A stretch of DNA of 64,000 bases from assembly GCA_963842525.1 (NCBI GenBank), contig CAWJGT010000009.1:544001-608000 (forward strand). The letters run 5' to 3'. Of this stretch, positions 12,660 through 22,254 are shown one piece after another. Made by a program: the position numbers and the translations under genes. Position 1 is the first letter of the stretch; each line of letters starts with the position of its first letter. A model generated the notes under the pieces. It was not told the DNA's origin and ran no database searches. It saw only the letters and a program-made list of their open reading frames with translations. This stretch comes from an uncultured Holophagales bacterium (GTDB lineage Bacteria; Acidobacteriota; Thermoanaerobaculia; Multivoradales; UBA5704).

Positions 12660-12835
12660 GATAGCGACAAACCGTCGGAGTTAGCCGTGAACAGGACGAG
12701 TTAACCACTAACTCGACGAGTTAACGGCTATCTCGACCGAGTTAACCGTTAACCGGGCTGGATAGCGGTAAACAGGACGAGTTAACGGCTATCCGCGGCC
12801 GTTTAGCCGCTAACGGGACGAGATAGCGGTGAAAC
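12660..12835. repeat. array of nine quasi-palindromic 13-mers (GTTARC-N-GYTAWC) at 20-21-bp period
   Basis: Units start at 12660, 12680, 12700, 12720, 12741, 12761, 12781, 12802 and 12822. Confidence 0.8.
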
Positions 12836-12905
12836 GGCGGGGCTCAGCTTCACCTGGGCCCTGCGGCCCTGAAACAGGGCGCTCCCTGCTCTCGTAGGAG
12901 CACGC

Positions 12906-13598
12906 ATGACCGTCAACTCTGCACCGCCGCTGGCGCGCTGGCGCCAGAGCCCCTGGCTGGCGGTCGTTGAGGTCGCGCTCGCTGTCGCGGTGATCGTCGC
13001 GGACCGCTACGGCCTGGTGCCTCTCAGCAATACGCCGTTTCTTCTCATCCTGGGCTGGATCTCGCTGCGGCTCCGCGGCCTGCGGTGGCGCGACGTCGGC
13101 TTCGTCCGGCCGCGCAGTTGGCTGCGGACGCTCGCGATCGGAAGCGCTGCCGGCATCGGCCTGGAGCTGCTCGCGCTCTCGGTCACCGAGCCTCTGTTTG
13201 CCCGGCTCGTGGGGACGCATCCAGACCTTTCGGACTTCCGGCCGCTGGTGGGGAACCTCGGGCTCCTGTTCGTGTTCCTGGTGCCGATGTGGCTGCTGGC
13301 GGCCTTCGGCGAGGAGATGGTCTACCGGGGGTACCTGATGAACCGCGTCGCCGGCCTCAGCCAGGGCAGGCGGGAGGCCTGGCTCCTGAGCCTGATCGTG
13401 GTCAGCGCCTTCTTCGGATGGGCTCACGGGGAGAGCCAGGGGATCACCGGCATGCTGCAGGAGGGATTCGCAGGACTGCTCCTGGGCCTCCTCTATCTTG
13501 GCTGCGGCCGCACGCTGGCCGTGCCTATCGTCGCTCACGGGGTCTCGAACACGCTGGCGTTCGTGCTGATCTACCTCGACCGCTATCCCGGCGTGTGA
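12906..13598 (+). CDS. CPBP family intramembrane glutamic protease (CAAX/Abi)
   Basis: EEMVYRGYL, FGWAH and AHGVSN motifs; multiple TM helices. Confidence 0.9.
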   Translation: MTVNSAPPLARWRQSPWLAVVEVALAVAVIVADRYGLVPLSNTPFLLILGWISLRLRGLRWRDVGFVRPRSWLRTLAIGSAAGIGLELLALSVTEPLFARLVGTHPDLSDFRPLVGNLGLLFVFLVPMWLLAAFGEEMVYRGYLMNRVAGLSQGRREAWLLSLIVVSAFFGWAHGESQGITGMLQEGFAGLLLGLLYLGCGRTLAVPIVAHGVSNTLAFVLIYLDRYPGV

Positions 13599-13607
13599 AG
13601 GCCGCTG

Positions 13608-14210
13608 TCAAGCGAACAGAGAGTTGATGTACATCCGGTGGAATAGAGCGACTGTAGGGCTGCGATCTCCATGCATCGCCGCAGCGGAGGCGCGGTCGTA
13701 TCCGCCTCCCGGCCTCGGGCGAATGCGCAGAAAGGGCGGCAGGCCATAGCGCATTGCAATACTGTTCACCCAAAGCCGAGCGGTACGTCCGTTGCCGTTG
13801 GCGAAGGGGTGAATGCGAACCCACTCGGCATGAGCCCAGGCGCACAGAGTAATGATCGCGGCCAGATTGTCACCCGTCAGATCCTGACCTGGCTTAATCA
13901 GATGATCCAACTCAGCGATGGCCAGCCGGACCTTTCGATCGAATTCAGCCAGCTCAGCCGGCACTTCGGGTGCCCGGACACCGGGGATATCGCCGACTCT
14001 GACGTTGTAGTTCTCGAGCCCGGCCTCGCCTCGAAATCTTCCCACCAGCTTCGGATCTGGCGGAACAAGCCCCTGCATGATTTCGAGCTGCCAGCCGCGA
14101 GCGGCCTCGATCGTCAGCGGCTCCCGGCGTAGAGCTTCGTCTCGGACCCTGCCAAATACCCTGGCGAGATTGCTGCGCAGCTGGGGCGTGTCGTCGTCCC
14201 AGTTAACCAT
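13608..14210 (-). CDS. Fic family protein (toxin)
   Basis: Canonical motif HPFANGNGRTAR. Confidence 0.9.
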   Translation of the reverse strand: MVNWDDDTPQLRSNLARVFGRVRDEALRREPLTIEAARGWQLEIMQGLVPPDPKLVGRFRGEAGLENYNVRVGDIPGVRAPEVPAELAEFDRKVRLAIAELDHLIKPGQDLTGDNLAAIITLCAWAHAEWVRIHPFANGNGRTARLWVNSIAMRYGLPPFLRIRPRPGGGYDRASAAAMHGDRSPTVALFHRMYINSLFA

Positions 14211-14526
14211 CGAGCAGTTCGAGAATCCTCGTTTGAGCGGGGCCGATGTCCATCTGCCCTTCTGCCGGGTCCTCCTTTAGCGAGGCCTCCGCATCGACGT
14301 AATCTGCAATCGCTCGCTCGAAGTTGGGATCGCTTTTGCGGTAGGCACGCAAAGCTTCAAGGGTCGCTTCGAGGTCCATCTCGACCTCTCTGCTGCGTCT
14401 TGCGACGAAGTCACGGACCGCCTCGTTGACGAGCTGGTTCAGCGGCCGGCCCAATACTTTGCTCAGTGTGAATAGGCCAGCCTGAACGACGGGGTCGATC
14501 CTGTAGGTGGTGGCTTTCCTGGTCAT
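14203..14526 (-). CDS. ribbon-helix-helix-like antitoxin partner of Fic
   Basis: TTYRID...LNQLVNEAVRDF RHH-like N-terminus; overlaps the Fic start. Confidence 0.65.
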   Translation of the reverse strand: MTRKATTYRIDPVVQAGLFTLSKVLGRPLNQLVNEAVRDFVARRSREVEMDLEATLEALRAYRKSDPNFERAIADYVDAEASLKEDPAEGQMDIGPAQTRILELLDG

Positions 14527-14558
14527 CTGTGTAGCATAGTGCCGACCAGTCTGTGATG

Positions 14559-16394
14559 TCAATTTTGTGTTTTGACGCCAGCCTGCGTCTGTGGCCGCCG
14601 CAGAAGGACGGCAACCCTCTGGCCGACCGGCGGCGCCTGGATGCGGCGGGTGCGGACCCCGTCGTAGGAGAGCAGCCAGACCTGCGGGTCGTCGAGGTTG
14701 CGCGGGAAGCGGACGGTGATCACGGTGGGATTGCCGTCGCGGACCTCCTCCACCCAGACCGTGAGGCCGCGCTTCTCGAACCGCTCTCCTGCATGGAAAT
14801 CAGGGTTCCGGCGCACGAGCGCAGCCATGGCGCGGGAGAAATAGCCGCTGAAGAACCCCTGGGTGGACCGCAGGCGGATCGTCGACGGACCCAGCCGCGT
14901 CATCTCGTAGTCGACGGCCTGGAAGAGGACTGGAATGTAGTCCCGCACGAGCCGCCGTTCGATCCGGTAGTCCCGGTACGGCAGGAAGAGGCTCGACCAG
15001 GCGCCGGGGGAGCTGAGGAGGTAGACATCGGCCGCCTCCCGGCCCTCCGGCCAGTCGACCGACTGCCGCCACTGCTCGCGGGTCTCGAGAAAGGCGACCC
15101 GCTGGAAGGATTGCGTGGAGAAGAGGGTCTCGAACGGCGTCCTGACCCCGTGGATCACCACGATCAGCGCCACCGCGGTCCACAGGCCCGCGCGCCGCCA
15201 CCCGCCGGGCGGGTTCGTGCGCAGCCGTCGCACGGTCCCGGCCACGAAGGAGGCCAGGACCAGGGAGACCGCGGCAGACGGGAAGAGCAGCTTGTAGCTG
15301 AAGGGCAGGACGATGCAGAGGAACACCATCGAGCCGAGCGCCGCGGCAGCCACGTAGCGTTGGAGAGGGCGCTTCCAGACGTACGGCACCAGCCCCGGTA
15401 GGAGGGCGAAGGCGAGCAGCATCCCAACCGACGGCAACGGGCCCGGCGTCATGTGCGAGCTCTCGGGGGGAATCGGCGTCAGCGCCCCCATGACGTACGC
15501 GGACAGCCGTTCGGGGATAGCGCGCAGGAATTCGACCGGCCGGTCGAAAGGGCTCAGGTACCAGCTCGATCCGGCCGTGCCGTAGCCGGCGGCCGTGTAA
15601 AAGACGGCAAAGCCGAGGAGCAGAGCCACCAGCGGAGCACTGTACAGGAGCCGACTCCCCATCCTGTCCCGGGCCAGGAAAGCCTCCCAGGCCGCGATCC
15701 AGAAGATCATGGAAAAGGCTGTCTCTCCAGCGAGGAGAGCCAGGGCCAGGCAGGCGACCGCGAGCAGCAGGTGCCAGACCCCTCCACGCTGCCGAAAACG
15801 GTCGTAGAAGACCAGGCTCGTCACCGAGAGCAGCGCACTGAGCAGCTCATGCCGGGCCGCGATCCAGGCGATGGCTGCCACGTGGCCCTCGTCGAAGACG
15901 AAGAAGAGGCCGGCTAGCAGGAGGGCCAAGCGGTGGTCGGGCGTGTCGGGGAGCAGCCTCCGATGGAGCACCAGGACGGCCGCCACGAGCAGCAGCCAGA
16001 GCACGAGATTGACGATGTGGTAACCGAGGGGGCCCGAGCTGGCCAGCCGGTGGTTGAGGAGGAGCGTCCAGCCGGTGAGGGGCCGGAAGAACCGGATCTT
16101 CAGGTCGGGGTCTTTGAACCAGGGCAGCGCGTAGGGGGAACCGGCGCGGAGGTATCCCGGGCCCGAGGGCGCCGGGATGCCGGCATCGAGCGACCAGAAG
16201 TCCAGGCAGAGCTCCAGCGTCCCCCGGTTGTCCACGCCGCGGGCATGGACGTCCAGGAGCGTCTGGTGCCACAGGTCGTCGGCATAGAAGCCCACCCGCA
16301 GGCTGGGCAGGAAGAGCAGGAAGGCTGCCGCGAGGCAGACCAGGATGTAGTGACGCAGAGCAGCCCGGTAGAGGCGACGGAGGAGGGACACCAT
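14559..16394 (-). CDS. polytopic membrane protein, GT-C fold glycosyltransferase-like
   Basis: GFYADD, FFRPL, YHIVNLVL and WIAARHELL motifs typical of GT-C/TMTC-like N-termini. Confidence 0.65.
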   Translation of the reverse strand: MVSLLRRLYRAALRHYILVCLAAAFLLFLPSLRVGFYADDLWHQTLLDVHARGVDNRGTLELCLDFWSLDAGIPAPSGPGYLRAGSPYALPWFKDPDLKIRFFRPLTGWTLLLNHRLASSGPLGYHIVNLVLWLLLVAAVLVLHRRLLPDTPDHRLALLLAGLFFVFDEGHVAAIAWIAARHELLSALLSVTSLVFYDRFRQRGGVWHLLLAVACLALALLAGETAFSMIFWIAAWEAFLARDRMGSRLLYSAPLVALLLGFAVFYTAAGYGTAGSSWYLSPFDRPVEFLRAIPERLSAYVMGALTPIPPESSHMTPGPLPSVGMLLAFALLPGLVPYVWKRPLQRYVAAAALGSMVFLCIVLPFSYKLLFPSAAVSLVLASFVAGTVRRLRTNPPGGWRRAGLWTAVALIVVIHGVRTPFETLFSTQSFQRVAFLETREQWRQSVDWPEGREAADVYLLSSPGAWSSLFLPYRDYRIERRLVRDYIPVLFQAVDYEMTRLGPSTIRLRSTQGFFSGYFSRAMAALVRRNPDFHAGERFEKRGLTVWVEEVRDGNPTVITVRFPRNLDDPQVWLLSYDGVRTRRIQAPPVGQRVAVLLRRPQTQAGVKTQN

Positions 16395-16443
16395 GAAAGG
16401 CCGGGGCTCTGCGCGATCGAGATAGGTCGAAGCCCTAGTGAGC

Positions 16444-16773
16444 TCACTGGAGCTTGCTTTGCGTCTTCGAACGATTGCCGGCGGCTCGAGACTTCGTCTG
16501 CGCCGACTGCTGCGTCCTGAGCTTCGCTGGGATGAGCGTGATCAGCGAACGGAGGGCCCTGTTCACCGACTCTGCATCTGGAAAATATTTGCGCACGTCG
16601 GGTTCGAGGAGGACCATTCCCTCTCGCGGCTTCACCTCTTTCACAACAGTCGTACCGTCCTCCCGATGGACCGTTATCGTATAGCCCGCCTGCATTGCCT
16701 GGTAATGCTTACCGCGCACGCCCCCAGAGAAGTCGTATTCGGCGCGCAGATCCTTGTCTTCCACGTCATCCAC
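16444..16773 (-). CDS. orphan BrnA/CopG-like antitoxin
   Basis: LRAEYDFSGGVRGKHY ... LEPDV..YFPDAESVNRALR; no toxin gene upstream. Confidence 0.7.
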   Translation of the reverse strand: MDDVEDKDLRAEYDFSGGVRGKHYQAMQAGYTITVHREDGTTVVKEVKPREGMVLLEPDVRKYFPDAESVNRALRSLITLIPAKLRTQQSAQTKSRAAGNRSKTQSKLQ

Positions 16774-16799
16774 CCCGTCATGCTACCGCCAAGATGCCT

Positions 16800-18359
16800 T
16801 CACCGGAACATCCGGAACCACCACTCGAACGCTTTTTTCACACCGGGAGTGAGCTTACCCCGGCGCCAGGTGTCCGCGGCCTTCTTCACGGCCTCTCCCT
16901 GGGTGGGGTAGGGATGGATCACGCTCGCGATCCTGCCCAGGCCGATGCCGTGGGTGGCCGCCAGGCAGAGCTCGCCCAGCATGTCTCCCGCGTGCTCGGC
17001 GACCAGCGTGGCGCCGAGGATCTTGTCGCCTCCCTTCTGCAGGTGGACGCGCAGGAAACCTTCATCGGCGCCGTCGAGAATCGCGCGATCGACCGTCGAG
17101 AGCGGCACGGTGAGGGTCTCGACCTCGAGGCCCTTCTCCTTCGCGTCCTTCTCATAGAGGCCGACATGGGCGACCTCCGGGCTGGTGTAGGTGCACCAGG
17201 GGATGGTCAAGGCGCTCGCCTTCGACCGGCCGAAGAAGAGGGCGTTCTGGATCACGATCCGCGCCTGGGCGTCCGCGGTGTGGGTGAACTGGAAGCGCGA
17301 GGCCACGTCGCCGCAGGCATAGATCCTCTTGCTGCTGGTGCGCAGCCGGTCGTCCACCTCGACGCCCTTCGGGTTGTACCTCACCCCCGCGGCCTCGAGC
17401 CCGAGGCCTTCGACGTTGGGCGCCCGGCCCACGGCGATCAGGATGCGGTCTACCGCGACCTCGTGGCGCTGGCCGCCGGACTCGAAGACCACGACCCGCT
17501 CCGCCCCGCGGCTCCGCACCTCGACGACCTGAGCGTGGAATTCGAGCTGGACGCCGTCGCGCAGCAGGGCCTTCTGGACGATCCCGGCGGCGTCGGTGTC
17601 CTCGCGCGGCAGCACATGGGCGTCCTTGTCGAGCAGCGTGACTCGGCTGCCGAAGCGGGCGAAGGCCTGCGCCAGCTCGCAGCCGATCGGACCGCCTCCG
17701 AGCACCGCGAGCCGCGGCGGCAGCTCGGTGAGGTTGAAGACCGTCTCGTTGGTGAGGTAGCCCGCCTCGGCGAGGCCGGGGATCGGCGGCACCGCGGCGC
17801 GCGCCCCGGTCGCGACCACCGCGCGGCGGAAGCGCAGGCGCCGGCCGTCCACCTCGACCGTCCCGGGATCGACGAAGCGCCCCTCGCCCAGGAAGACATC
17901 GACTCCCAGGCTGCGGAACCGGGCAGCACTGTCGTGCACGCTGATGCCGGCCCGCAGCCGGCGCATCCGCTCCATGACGAGGCCGAAGTCGCCACGGCTC
18001 CCGTCATTCCCGTCACTCCGGCCGTCCACGGCCGGCCCACCGAAGCGCTCGCGGGCTTCGCGCGCATCGTGCCACGCCCGGGCCGCGCGGATCACCCCTT
18101 TCGACGGGACGCAACCGACGTTCAGACAGTCGCCGCCCATCAGGTGCCGCTCGATCAGGGCCACCTTCGCACCGAGCCCCGCCGCTCCCGCGGCCGAGAC
18201 CAGGCCCGCGGTCCCGGCGCCGATCACGACGAGGTGATAGCGCCCGGCCGGCTCGGGGTTGACCCAGTCCGGGGGATGGACGTTGGCGAGGAGCTTCCGG
18301 TTGTGGTCGTCGAGAGGCTCGACAGGGGAGGGGATATGCGCCAGAGCAGGCTCGGTCAT
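16800..18359 (-). CDS. pyridine nucleotide-disulfide oxidoreductase (mercuric reductase-like/LpdA-like)
   Basis: GAGTAG, redox motif GGDCLNVGCVPSK, GGGPIG and HPYPT; lacks the MerA C-terminal CC. Confidence 0.88.
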   Translation of the reverse strand: MTEPALAHIPSPVEPLDDHNRKLLANVHPPDWVNPEPAGRYHLVVIGAGTAGLVSAAGAAGLGAKVALIERHLMGGDCLNVGCVPSKGVIRAARAWHDAREARERFGGPAVDGRSDGNDGSRGDFGLVMERMRRLRAGISVHDSAARFRSLGVDVFLGEGRFVDPGTVEVDGRRLRFRRAVVATGARAAVPPIPGLAEAGYLTNETVFNLTELPPRLAVLGGGPIGCELAQAFARFGSRVTLLDKDAHVLPREDTDAAGIVQKALLRDGVQLEFHAQVVEVRSRGAERVVVFESGGQRHEVAVDRILIAVGRAPNVEGLGLEAAGVRYNPKGVEVDDRLRTSSKRIYACGDVASRFQFTHTADAQARIVIQNALFFGRSKASALTIPWCTYTSPEVAHVGLYEKDAKEKGLEVETLTVPLSTVDRAILDGADEGFLRVHLQKGGDKILGATLVAEHAGDMLGELCLAATHGIGLGRIASVIHPYPTQGEAVKKAADTWRRGKLTPGVKKAFEWWFRMFR

Positions 18360-19144
18360 GAGCGGTCCTCTGAAGTCTCCGGCTCGCCGATCTGCTGGCG
18401 CAACGCCCGGCCCGCGAGGCGGGTGATGAAGGCGGTGACCACCACGGTCGCGGCCAGCCCCACGCCGAGGGTGATCCAGTACCCGGTGCCCCGCCCGGTC
18501 TGGGCGCCGCCGGCGACCGCGGCCAGGCTGCCGGCGGCCTTGCCGTAGTAGACGTAGAGCAGCGTGCCGGGGAGCATGGCGATCGAGGCGAGGAGGTAGT
18601 CGAGGAAGCGGACCCGCGTCAGCCCCAGCGAGTAGTTGAGGAGGTTGAAGGGGAAGACGGGGGACAGCCGCAGCAGCGCGACGATCTTGAACCCCTCCCG
18701 GCCGACCGCCCGGTCGATGGCCGCGAACTTCGGATTGCCGGCGATCCTGTGCTCGATGCGCTCGCGGGCCAGATAGCGCGCCACCAGGAAGGCGGCGGAG
18801 GCGCCGAGGGTGGCGCCCAGCAGGGTGTAGACCGTCCCTCGCACGAGGCCGAAGATGGCCCCGGCCGCCAGCGTGAGCAGCGAGCCCGGGATGAATGCCA
18901 CCGTGGCCACGGCATACCCCAGCACGAAGACCACTGGTCCCCAGACGCCGAGCCCCTCCACCCAGGCGGCGAACCGGGGAACGTACTGGCCCGCCTGGCG
19001 GCCGGCGAAGATCAGGGCAACCACGCCCGCGACGACGGCGAGGTAGATGGCAAAGCGTTTCCACCTCGGCCTGGAAGCGTTCTTCGAGGCGGCGGTGGCG
19101 GTCGTGGTGTCCACGTCGGCGGCTCCTGTCAGGATCTCGGACAT
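18356..19144 (-). CDS. TVP38/TMEM64 (DedA/SNARE-associated) membrane protein
   Basis: LTLAAGAIFG and LLRLSPVFPFNLLNY; coupled to the oxidoreductase. Confidence 0.88.
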   Translation of the reverse strand: MSEILTGAADVDTTTATAASKNASRPRWKRFAIYLAVVAGVVALIFAGRQAGQYVPRFAAWVEGLGVWGPVVFVLGYAVATVAFIPGSLLTLAAGAIFGLVRGTVYTLLGATLGASAAFLVARYLARERIEHRIAGNPKFAAIDRAVGREGFKIVALLRLSPVFPFNLLNYSLGLTRVRFLDYLLASIAMLPGTLLYVYYGKAAGSLAAVAGGAQTGRGTGYWITLGVGLAATVVVTAFITRLAGRALRQQIGEPETSEDRS

Positions 19145-19207
19145 GGGACCGGCCAACACCGGCCCGCAGGATCTACGTCCGCGCCGGCCTGAATGGATGG
19201 GGCGGGC

Positions 19208-19549
19208 CTATGCCGCGGCCCAGAGCGCGACGGCGAGGAGGACGCCGCCCATCCCCACGAGCATGGCCCCGATCGAGGCCAGGTTCCCCCACCAGGTCCC
19301 CTCCTTGGCTGTCTTGCCGAGCAACATCAGGCCGCCGCAGGAGACGGCGAGATGGGCGAAGACGAAGAGCGGTGTCAGGCCGGCGGGGAAGGGCGCCCCC
19401 GGCGGCTTGGTCTGGACGACGGCGAGGTTGGCGCCGGTGAGGACGAGGCCCAGCACCAGGGCCCCGATTGCGAACCAGTCCCACCGGGCCGGGCGCGGCA
19501 GCGCGATCTTCGGCAGCTTGAACGAAGGCATCTTCTTTACGGCCTCCAT
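19208..19549 (-). CDS. small 3-TM membrane protein
   Basis: Three hydrophobic segments and GC-rich codon usage. Confidence 0.6.
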   Translation of the reverse strand: MEAVKKMPSFKLPKIALPRPARWDWFAIGALVLGLVLTGANLAVVQTKPPGAPFPAGLTPLFVFAHLAVSCGGLMLLGKTAKEGTWWGNLASIGAMLVGMGGVLLAVALWAAA

Positions 19550-19771
19550 GGCGGACCCCCCCAATTGAGCTCCAAAGGCGGCGGAATCGTAGCACAGCCG
19601 CCCGCCCCGCTCGGGGTGAGTCGGCGTCATCCTGGTCTGTGAATGCCTTTCTGCCAAGGGTCTTCAGGTGTAGACTCGGACCATCCAAACAGGCTGGCGA
19701 TTGGCGGGCACTCCAGAGGCGCCGCCTGCCGCCTGCCTGGCTGCGTTGCGCGCGGCCACTTGGAGCCTGAA

Positions 19772-21079
19772 ATGAGCAAGGACCGATTTGGCAGCCCAAA
19801 ACATCCGGCGTTTGCGCGGCATGCGCCATCCCTGCCTTCGCGGCATCCGGCGCCCCATGTCCAGGCAGCTCTCGCTTCGAGCGTGCAGCCCAAAACGGCT
19901 TCGCCGCCATCCGCGACCCGTGCGCCGGCTCCGCACGTCCAGGCAGCGCTCCGGGCCACCCGGCCGGAGCGGGCGAGCGCCGTTGGGGCGGTTCCCCAGG
20001 CGGCTCTCGCTTCGAGCCTACAGCCCAAAACGGCTTCGCCGCCATCCGCGACCCGTGCGCCGGCTCCGCACGTCCAGGCAGCGCTCCAGGCTACCCGGCC
20101 GGAGCGGGCGAGCGCCGTGATTTCGCGGGCGGTTCCGGGGACGCCGCCAAGGCCCATGGCCCCCCACGTCCAGGCAGCCGTCGGCGCCGCCCAGGCGAAG
20201 GAATCGGCCTCGCGGCTCAAAGCATCCCAACGCAAGCCTCCTGCCGATCCCCGACCGGCCCCTTGTCGACCCGGCGCAGTCCAGCGTGCTTCCCTCACGA
20301 CCTATCAAAAACTCTACAGCAACGAGCAACCCGAGTATCCAGCCCTGCGCTTCCACAAGAATAGGGACTGGAAGAAAGCGCTGGAGGAAGAAGGCGAGTT
20401 CAGAGGGGACGCCTATGCGCTCCGCGACCCGGACTACGATCCGCTCCTGCGGCATCCCTTAGGGAAGCATGTGCTCGAATCCCGTCGGATGGGTCCTTGG
20501 TTTCCCCACGAGGATTACGGAGAGCACGGAGGCTACAACGCGTCGCTGGCAGCCACGGTCGAGAGGGCAATCCACCGCAGCATCATGGAACACTCCGAGA
20601 ACCTTCATGTGCAAGGAAGAACCGTGGCCGATCTGGTGCAACAGCTCCTGGATTCGGGCCCCCTTCTCGTCGTGGACGTCGGCAGTTCCGCGGGGAACGA
20701 GCGCTACAACAGCCCGACGATGGGGCATAAAAGCTTCGGCAAGGTCGGCAAGCAGGTCTTCAAAGCGAAACAAGTGCTCACGGACATTCCCCTGATCACG
20801 GAGGCCGTGTTGGAGAATCTGCAAGACATGATGTCCGTCACATTGGACAATGAGAGCCTGCCCAAGGTGCGTGAGATCCTGATCGGAGAAGCCCTGAGGA
20901 ACGTCAGCAACTTTCTGGAGACCCGATACGGGCTTCCGAACACCAAGCCTCGTCTCCAGCAGATTCCACAGCAGGTCAATAACTCCAATGTCGCCCTCCA
21001 CTTCGAGTACGACGAGAGCTTGTTGGACGACCTCCTCGATGACGATGAGGTCCCGGGCTATCTCCAGGACTGGGTCTAG
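19772..21079 (+). CDS. hypothetical protein: repeated APHVQAA Pro/Ala leader, AVQR motif and unique C-terminal domain (effector-like)
   Basis: GGAG RBS before ATG 19772; 135-bp tandem duplication; visibly less GC-rich after AVQR. Confidence 0.6.
   Translation: MSKDRFGSPKHPAFARHAPSLPSRHPAPHVQAALASSVQPKTASPPSATRAPAPHVQAALRATRPERASAVGAVPQAALASSLQPKTASPPSATRAPAPHVQAALQATRPERASAVISRAVPGTPPRPMAPHVQAAVGAAQAKESASRLKASQRKPPADPRPAPCRPGAVQRASLTTYQKLYSNEQPEYPALRFHKNRDWKKALEEEGEFRGDAYALRDPDYDPLLRHPLGKHVLESRRMGPWFPHEDYGEHGGYNASLAATVERAIHRSIMEHSENLHVQGRTVADLVQQLLDSGPLLVVDVGSSAGNERYNSPTMGHKSFGKVGKQVFKAKQVLTDIPLITEAVLENLQDMMSVTLDNESLPKVREILIGEALRNVSNFLETRYGLPNTKPRLQQIPQQVNNSNVALHFEYDESLLDDLLDDDEVPGYLQDWV
19861..20118 (+). 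repeat. intragenic 135-bp tandem duplication (45 aa)
   Basis: Units start at 19861 and 19996. Confidence 0.85.
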
Positions 21080-21600
21080 TGAGCACGCAGGCCCAGGTCT
21101 ATATCGCTGCGATCCTGGCCGCGCTCGGCGCGCGCGATCCGCTGGAGGTCCTGCGCGAGATGCCGGGCGCGCTGCGGAACGCCATCGCCGGGCTTTCTCC
21201 TGCCCAGCTTGCAACGCCCGAAGCTCCCGGGAAGTGGTCCATGTGCCAGGTCGTCCAGCATCTGTCCGACTCGGACATTGTGGGGGCGTTCCGCTTCCGC
21301 ATGGTGCTGGCGCAAGACTCCCCCACACTGGCGGGTTACGACCAGGACCTCTGGGTGGAGCGGGTGCATCGCAACGACACCGACATCGAAACGGCGCTGA
21401 TCGAGCTCACCGCGCTGCGCCAGGCCAATGTGCGGCTGCTCGAGCGGCTGACGCCGGAGGAGCTCGACCGCGTTTCTCTGCACGCCGAGCGCGGGCCAGA
21501 GAGCCTCGGGCACATGGTGCGGCTGTATGCCGGCCACGACATCGTCCACCTCCGGCAGTTGGCCCGCATCCGCAAGGCGGTCGCCCCTGCCGAGGCGTGA
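21079..21600 (+). CDS. DinB/YfiT family protein
   Basis: GKWS..QVVQHL.D, GYDQDLW and AGHDIVHLRQL. Confidence 0.85.
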   Translation: MSTQAQVYIAAILAALGARDPLEVLREMPGALRNAIAGLSPAQLATPEAPGKWSMCQVVQHLSDSDIVGAFRFRMVLAQDSPTLAGYDQDLWVERVHRNDTDIETALIELTALRQANVRLLERLTPEELDRVSLHAERGPESLGHMVRLYAGHDIVHLRQLARIRKAVAPAEA

Positions 21601-21603
21601 GCG

Positions 21604-22254
21604 GTGACGCTCCTCTCACGAGCCCTGTTGGTGCTCAACCCCCGGCGACGCATCCGGGCCGTCTTCACGCAGCACTACCGCTCGCGCGGCTGGCAGGAGC
21701 CGGAGACCGTTTCGGGCCACGGCTCGACCCTCGACCGCACCGCCTCGATCCGGCGCGAGCTGCCCGCGCTGTTTCGCGAGCTCGGCGTCCGCAGTGTCCT
21801 CGATGCAGGCTGCGGCGACTTCAACTGGTTCCACGCGATGGAGACCCCGCTGGACAGCTATGTCGGAGTCGAGGTCGTCGAAGAGCTGGCGGCGATTAAT
21901 CAGGAGCGCTACGGAGCTGATCAATGCCGGTTTGTCTCTTTGGACGTCACCCGCGATGACCTGCCGCGCGTCGATCTGATTTTCTGCCGGGACTGCCTCG
22001 TGCACCTGAAGAATGCTCAGGTGCGTGCGGCGCTCCGCAACTTTCGGCGCAGCGGATCGACTTATCTCCTCGCAACCACGTTCACGGAGGACCATCCGAA
22101 TGAGGATGTCCCGCTCGGAGGATGGCGTCCCCTGAACCTCGCGCGAGATCCGTTCGGCCTGGGGCCGCCGCTACGGTTGATCAGCGAACGTGAGTCCGTC
22201 GAGGACGAAAGATACTTCGACAAGAGCCTGGGATTATGGGCACTGCAAGGTTGA
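21604..22254 (+). CDS. class I SAM-dependent methyltransferase
   Basis: SGHGS, VLDAGCGDFNW and DLIFCRDCLVHL. Confidence 0.85.
   Translation: MTLLSRALLVLNPRRRIRAVFTQHYRSRGWQEPETVSGHGSTLDRTASIRRELPALFRELGVRSVLDAGCGDFNWFHAMETPLDSYVGVEVVEELAAINQERYGADQCRFVSLDVTRDDLPRVDLIFCRDCLVHLKNAQVRAALRNFRRSGSTYLLATTFTEDHPNEDVPLGGWRPLNLARDPFGLGPPLRLISERESVEDERYFDKSLGLWALQG

Noticed and set aside
12660-12835. CRISPR array (also considered for 32162-32484 and 59170-59785)
   Set aside because: No constant 23-47-bp repeat with unique spacers, and no cas genes.
16800-18359. Mercury resistance (merA)
   Set aside because: No C-terminal Cys pair and no mer genes; the TVP38-linked oxidoreductase is a common pairing.
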